From: Planctomycetota bacterium
GTDB lineage: Bacteria; Planctomycetota; PLA2; JAEUHO01
Assembly: GCA_029259775.1 (NCBI GenBank)
Contig: JAJDEN010000014.1
Location: 35,613-99,612 of the forward strand
Length of the DNA: 64,000 bases
Direction: 5' to 3'
Part shown: one piece after another, positions 60,471 to 64,000 of the stretch
How positions within the stretch are numbered: position 1 is the first letter of the stretch
Layout: every line of letters starts with the position of its first letter
Notes under the pieces: model-generated
The model's input: only the letters and a program-made list of their open reading frames with translations
Databases searched by the model: none
Told to the model about the DNA's origin: nothing
Program-made: the position numbers and the translations under genes

Positions 60471-61649
60471 ATGGACCTCTTCCACTCGGTTGTCGCGTTC
60501 CTGTTCGGCCTCGTCGTGGGCTCGTTCCTCAACGTCGTGATCTGGCGGCTCCCGCGCGGCGAGAACCTCTCCAAGCCGCGCTCCGCCTGCCCTGGCTGCG
60601 GATCCCCGATCCGCTGGCATGACAACATCCCCGTCCTCTCCTGGCTGATGTTGGCCGCCAAGTGCCGCACCTGCAAGACGGCCATCTCCGCCCGCTACCC
60701 CTTCGTGGAGCTGCTGACGGGCGTGTTCTGCCTGCTCGCGTGGCAGGCGCACGGCGCGCCGGATGCCTGGGCCAGCCTCTACAGCGCGCCCCACGGCCAC
60801 GTCCCCGACGTTGTCACGGCGGTGCTCGTCGCGCTCTTCGTCGCCGCCCTGGTGGCCATCAGCTTCATCGACATCGACTACCGCATCATCCCGGACAAGA
60901 TCTCCAAGCCGGGCATGGTCTTCTTCATCGCCCTGGCGCCGCTCAACCTGATCCTTCCGCACACCCTCGGCGGTGTGAAGCCTGCGCTGAGCGCCTGGAT
61001 GGAGGCGGGGCTAGGCTGCCTGGTGGGGGCCGGTGTCATCCTGCTGATCCGCACGATCGGCTCGTGGATCCTCAAGAAGGAAGCCATGGGCCTCGGCGAC
61101 GTGAAGCTGCTCGGCTTCATCGGCGCCATGGTTGGCTGGCTCTACGCGCTCTATGCCCTCGCCCTCGCCTGCCTCGGCGGCGCGCTCATCGGCGGCGTCA
61201 TGTTCGCGGTCGGCAAGCGGCGCCCCATGCCGTGCACGCTCAAGGTGACGGGCGGCGGCGAGACCTCGGAGTTCGACCGCGCCCGCATCCGCGACGCCCG
61301 CATCGAGGCCCGCGGAGGGCATGAAATGGAGGCCGGCGCGGATCTCGCGATCGAGATGGTGCTGCCCGCGGCGCGCATTCTGGAAGAAGAGGACGCCCAC
61401 CTGACCCTCAAGGGCCGCCTCGACACGACCCACGGCAGCGGCGAGGCGCGCCTCTGGCGGATCGAGGTCCTGGAGCCCGACGAGGACTCGTTCGAGCGCC
61501 TCGACTTCTTCAGCCAGTCCTACCGCTACATCCCCTTCGGACCGTTCCTGGCCCTCGGCGGCCTGCTGACCGTGCTGTTCGGTGGGTGGGTCCACTGGTT
61601 CATCACCGAGTGGTACCCCCACATGGCGCGCGGCCTCTTCGGCACGTAG
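60471..61649 (+). CDS. pilD: prepilin peptidase (A24) with internal ~100-aa insertion
   Basis: GSFLNVVIWRLP, SACPGC, NIPVLSW, KCRTC, ID..IPD, MGLGDVKL, IPFGPFL. Confidence 0.93.
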   Translation: MDLFHSVVAFLFGLVVGSFLNVVIWRLPRGENLSKPRSACPGCGSPIRWHDNIPVLSWLMLAAKCRTCKTAISARYPFVELLTGVFCLLAWQAHGAPDAWASLYSAPHGHVPDVVTAVLVALFVAALVAISFIDIDYRIIPDKISKPGMVFFIALAPLNLILPHTLGGVKPALSAWMEAGLGCLVGAGVILLIRTIGSWILKKEAMGLGDVKLLGFIGAMVGWLYALYALALACLGGALIGGVMFAVGKRRPMPCTLKVTGGGETSEFDRARIRDARIEARGGHEMEAGADLAIEMVLPAARILEEEDAHLTLKGRLDTTHGSGEARLWRIEVLEPDEDSFERLDFFSQSYRYIPFGPFLALGGLLTVLFGGWVHWFITEWYPHMARGLFGT

Positions 61650-62026
61650 CGAGCGGTCGTTTCGAGCCGTCTCTCGAGCCGCCGTTTCAAGCTGAGGTGG
61701 CGCTCTCGGACACCTCCTCGGGTGCCTCGATCCCTGCGTGGCGAAGCTGCGCGACAACAACGACTGGTAGCCCTTGGCACCTTTTCCCCCCAGATGTGGT
61801 ACTTAGCTCTTGACGGGTCCGCAAACCCCTGTTGAATCGCTGTTGTCGCGGTGTCGTCGCGCGCGCGGAGGAGGTCTCCACTCTGTTCTTGGCCCCTGGG
61901 CCGAGGGAGGTGGAGGCGCCATGGCCCCGACGTTGACTCCCCAGGCGAGGTCCTAGCTCGCGGGAGGTGTCAGCGTTGGCGCCCCGGTCCAGCCCCCACG
62001 CCGGCGCACCCCAAGGGAGGTTTGGT

Positions 62027-62956
62027 ATGCGTCGCGTGATCTCGACCAATGGTGCACTTCTTCTCGTTGGCCTCTTGGCCGTCACCCTCATGACCGGTTG
62101 CACGCGCTCGCGTTCGACCGATCGCGCGAAGGTGCTCGAAGCCGAGAACATCAACCTGCGCCAGAAGGCGACGACGATGGAGCAGCAGATGCGCTCCGCC
62201 CACGTCGCCCAGGACGACACGATCGCCCGCGAGCAGCAGCTGCGCGCCGAGCTCGTGGCGGCCCGTCAGGACGGCGAGGCCGCTGAGGCGGCGCGCGCCC
62301 AGGCGCTCGCCGCGCGCACGCGCCTCATCGATACGCAGAACGATCTCAGCAAGGCCGAACTCGCCCTGATCGAGAGCAACCGCCGCTTCGAGGCCCTTCA
62401 GCGCGAGCGCATCCAGCCGGTGCAGCCCGCGCCCCGCGCCGTGGCATCCCGCGGCGGCCCGACGCGCCTGCGCATGGGTGGCGCCAGCCCCCAGGCCGAG
62501 GCGATGCGTCGCGATCTCCAGAGCCAGCTGAGCAGCTACGGCGTACGCGGCCTCAAGGTCGAGGTGCGCACCGACAACACGGGCACCGAGCGCGTCGCGA
62601 TCGTCCTGCCCGACGCCTTCCCCAGCGGCAAGGCCACGCTGGCCTACAACGCCTCGGCCGTGAAGGCGGTCATCAGCGTCGGCAAGATGATCAAGAACCA
62701 CTACCCGAACAGCAGCGTGGTGGTCGAAGGCCACACCGACAGCGACCCGATCCGCAAGTCGGGCTGGGGCACGAACGAGAACCTCTCGCGCGCCCGCGCC
62801 GGTGCCGTCGAGAACCTGCTGACCAACTCCGGTGTGCCGGCGCGCAGCGTCAGCACCGAGGGCTTCGGCGCCGCTCGTCCGCTCGCGCAGGGCAACACGA
62901 AGCGCGCCAAGAGCCGCAACCGCCGCGTCGAGATCTTCATCTCCCCGCGTAGCTGA
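62027..62956 (+). CDS. OmpA/MotB-like peptidoglycan-binding lipoprotein with coiled coil
   Basis: Lipobox MTGC; VEGHTDSDPIRKS, LSRARA, NRRVEI. Confidence 0.9.
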   Translation: MRRVISTNGALLLVGLLAVTLMTGCTRSRSTDRAKVLEAENINLRQKATTMEQQMRSAHVAQDDTIAREQQLRAELVAARQDGEAAEAARAQALAARTRLIDTQNDLSKAELALIESNRRFEALQRERIQPVQPAPRAVASRGGPTRLRMGGASPQAEAMRRDLQSQLSSYGVRGLKVEVRTDNTGTERVAIVLPDAFPSGKATLAYNASAVKAVISVGKMIKNHYPNSSVVVEGHTDSDPIRKSGWGTNENLSRARAGAVENLLTNSGVPARSVSTEGFGAARPLAQGNTKRAKSRNRRVEIFISPRS

Positions 62957-63148
62957 GCAGGCAATCTTCTGGAAAGGCGCCCCGGAAAGGCGCCTCACAG
63001 CAAGAGCCACAACCAATCAACACCGTCCCACGACGACTGAACCAACGACATAGCAAGGGCAGCGACCGCAACGATCCGGCACCCTCCCTCCCGGGGCATC
63101 TCGTACCGAGAAGCCCGAGTTGGATCCGGCGATCGCGTAGGAGGAAAG

Positions 63149-64000
63149 ATGACCAGAATGCCGAAGACCTTCGGTTTGATCGCGCTCATGGTGCTGGCAA
63201 CGGGCCTGTCGGCCTGCCGCAGCAGCAGCAGCAAGTGCACGGGGCCGAACTGTGCGCCCCCGACCGAGCAAGCCCCCTCGTTCGCTGACGTCGAGCCGAG
63301 CTACCCGCCGGCTGCGCCGTCCTACAGCGACGTCCCGGCCATCGAGAGCCAGCCGGCCCCGACGGTTTCCAAGGCCCAGCTCGACGCTGCCCGTGACAGC
63401 GCCGATCTTGCGCGCCGTCAGTCCGAGGAACTCGCCCGCCGCCTCGCCACCGAGGAGGATGAGCGTCGTGCCCAGGACAAGCGCATCGCGGACATGGCCA
63501 GGAAGATCGACGACCTCGAGAACCCGCCGGCCGGCGTGTCCCCCGAGCCCGACATGTCGGTGCCGGAGATCACGCAGATCGACCGCCTGATCCAGGAGCT
63601 TCGCGCGCGCAGCTCGGCTGACGTCGTGCGCGACGGCAACATGGTCATCATTCGCGTCACGAACGGCTTCAAGTCGGGCTCCGACCTGCTGAAGAAAGAC
63701 GTCCAGCTGATCTCGACCCTGAACGCAGCCGCCGACGCCCTCCGCCGCTACGACGGCGCCGATGTGTCCGTGGTGGGCCACAGCGACGGCGACCCCATCA
63801 AGAAGTCCTCCTGGAAGGACAACACGGCCCTCTCCCTGGCCCGCGCCGAGCGTGTGGCGAGCGTCCTGCGTGACAACGGTGTCGCTCAGAAGCGCATCAC
63901 GATCGACGGCCAGGGCTTCCGCAGCCCCCTGATCCCGCAGGAGCGCTCGCGCTCGGACAAGGCGACGAACCGCCGCGTCGAGATCATGATCCGGATGGGC
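63149..64000 (+). CDS. second OmpA/MotB-like lipoprotein (runs off window end)
   Basis: Manual translation: lipobox LSAC; VVGHSDGDPIKKSSW, LSLARA, NRRVEIMIR; AGGAGG RBS. Confidence 0.88.
   Translation, partial: MTRMPKTFGLIALMVLATGLSACRSSSSKCTGPNCAPPTEQAPSFADVEPSYPPAAPSYSDVPAIESQPAPTVSKAQLDAARDSADLARRQSEELARRLATEEDERRAQDKRIADMARKIDDLENPPAGVSPEPDMSVPEITQIDRLIQELRARSSADVVRDGNMVIIRVTNGFKSGSDLLKKDVQLISTLNAAADALRRYDGADVSVVGHSDGDPIKKSSWKDNTALSLARAERVASVLRDNGVAQKRITIDGQGFRSPLIPQERSRSDKATNRRVEIMIRMG

Noticed and set aside
62957-63010. c-di-GMP riboswitch between the OmpA/MotB genes
   Set aside because: A GAAA-containing hairpin (AGGCGCC..GGCGCCT) is present, but the GEMM two-stem consensus could not be matched.

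Overview
A very GC-rich (about 70% by eye) bacterial chromosome segment. It is most likely from a Planctomycetota genome, inferred from two membrane-anchored ECF sigma factors with long C-terminal extensions, Cys-rich and His/Arg-rich secreted proteins, and MotB/OmpA-like lipoproteins. Most of the window is housekeeping and metabolic genes: mgtE, M17 and M1 aminopeptidases, ppx, argS, pyrK-like, a thiolase/hbd/ACAD/meaB/B12-subunit cluster, an acyl-CoA synthetase, pgi, ssb and pilD. It also holds tRNA-Arg(CCT) flanked by copies of both of its ends, a signal-peptide TPR-CHAT protease, and several families of intergenic repeats (GTAG REP/REPIN-like elements, a covarying MITE-like hairpin, GTGTCC-hexamer elements). 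The most striking signal is a tandem pair of small lipoprotein genes (15534-15899 and 16173-16343). Their apparent TGA stops look like selenocysteine codons: both end GGC-AAG-GGG-TGA-GGC-TAG, one UGA aligns with a Cys in the paralog, and each is followed by a SECIS-like hairpin. Predicted tails are U-G-G-G-K-G-U-G* and C-G-G-G-S-G-K-G-U-G*, which suggests a possibly unannotated selenolipoprotein or RiPP-precursor family. All product calls come from motif recognition by eye; no searches were run.
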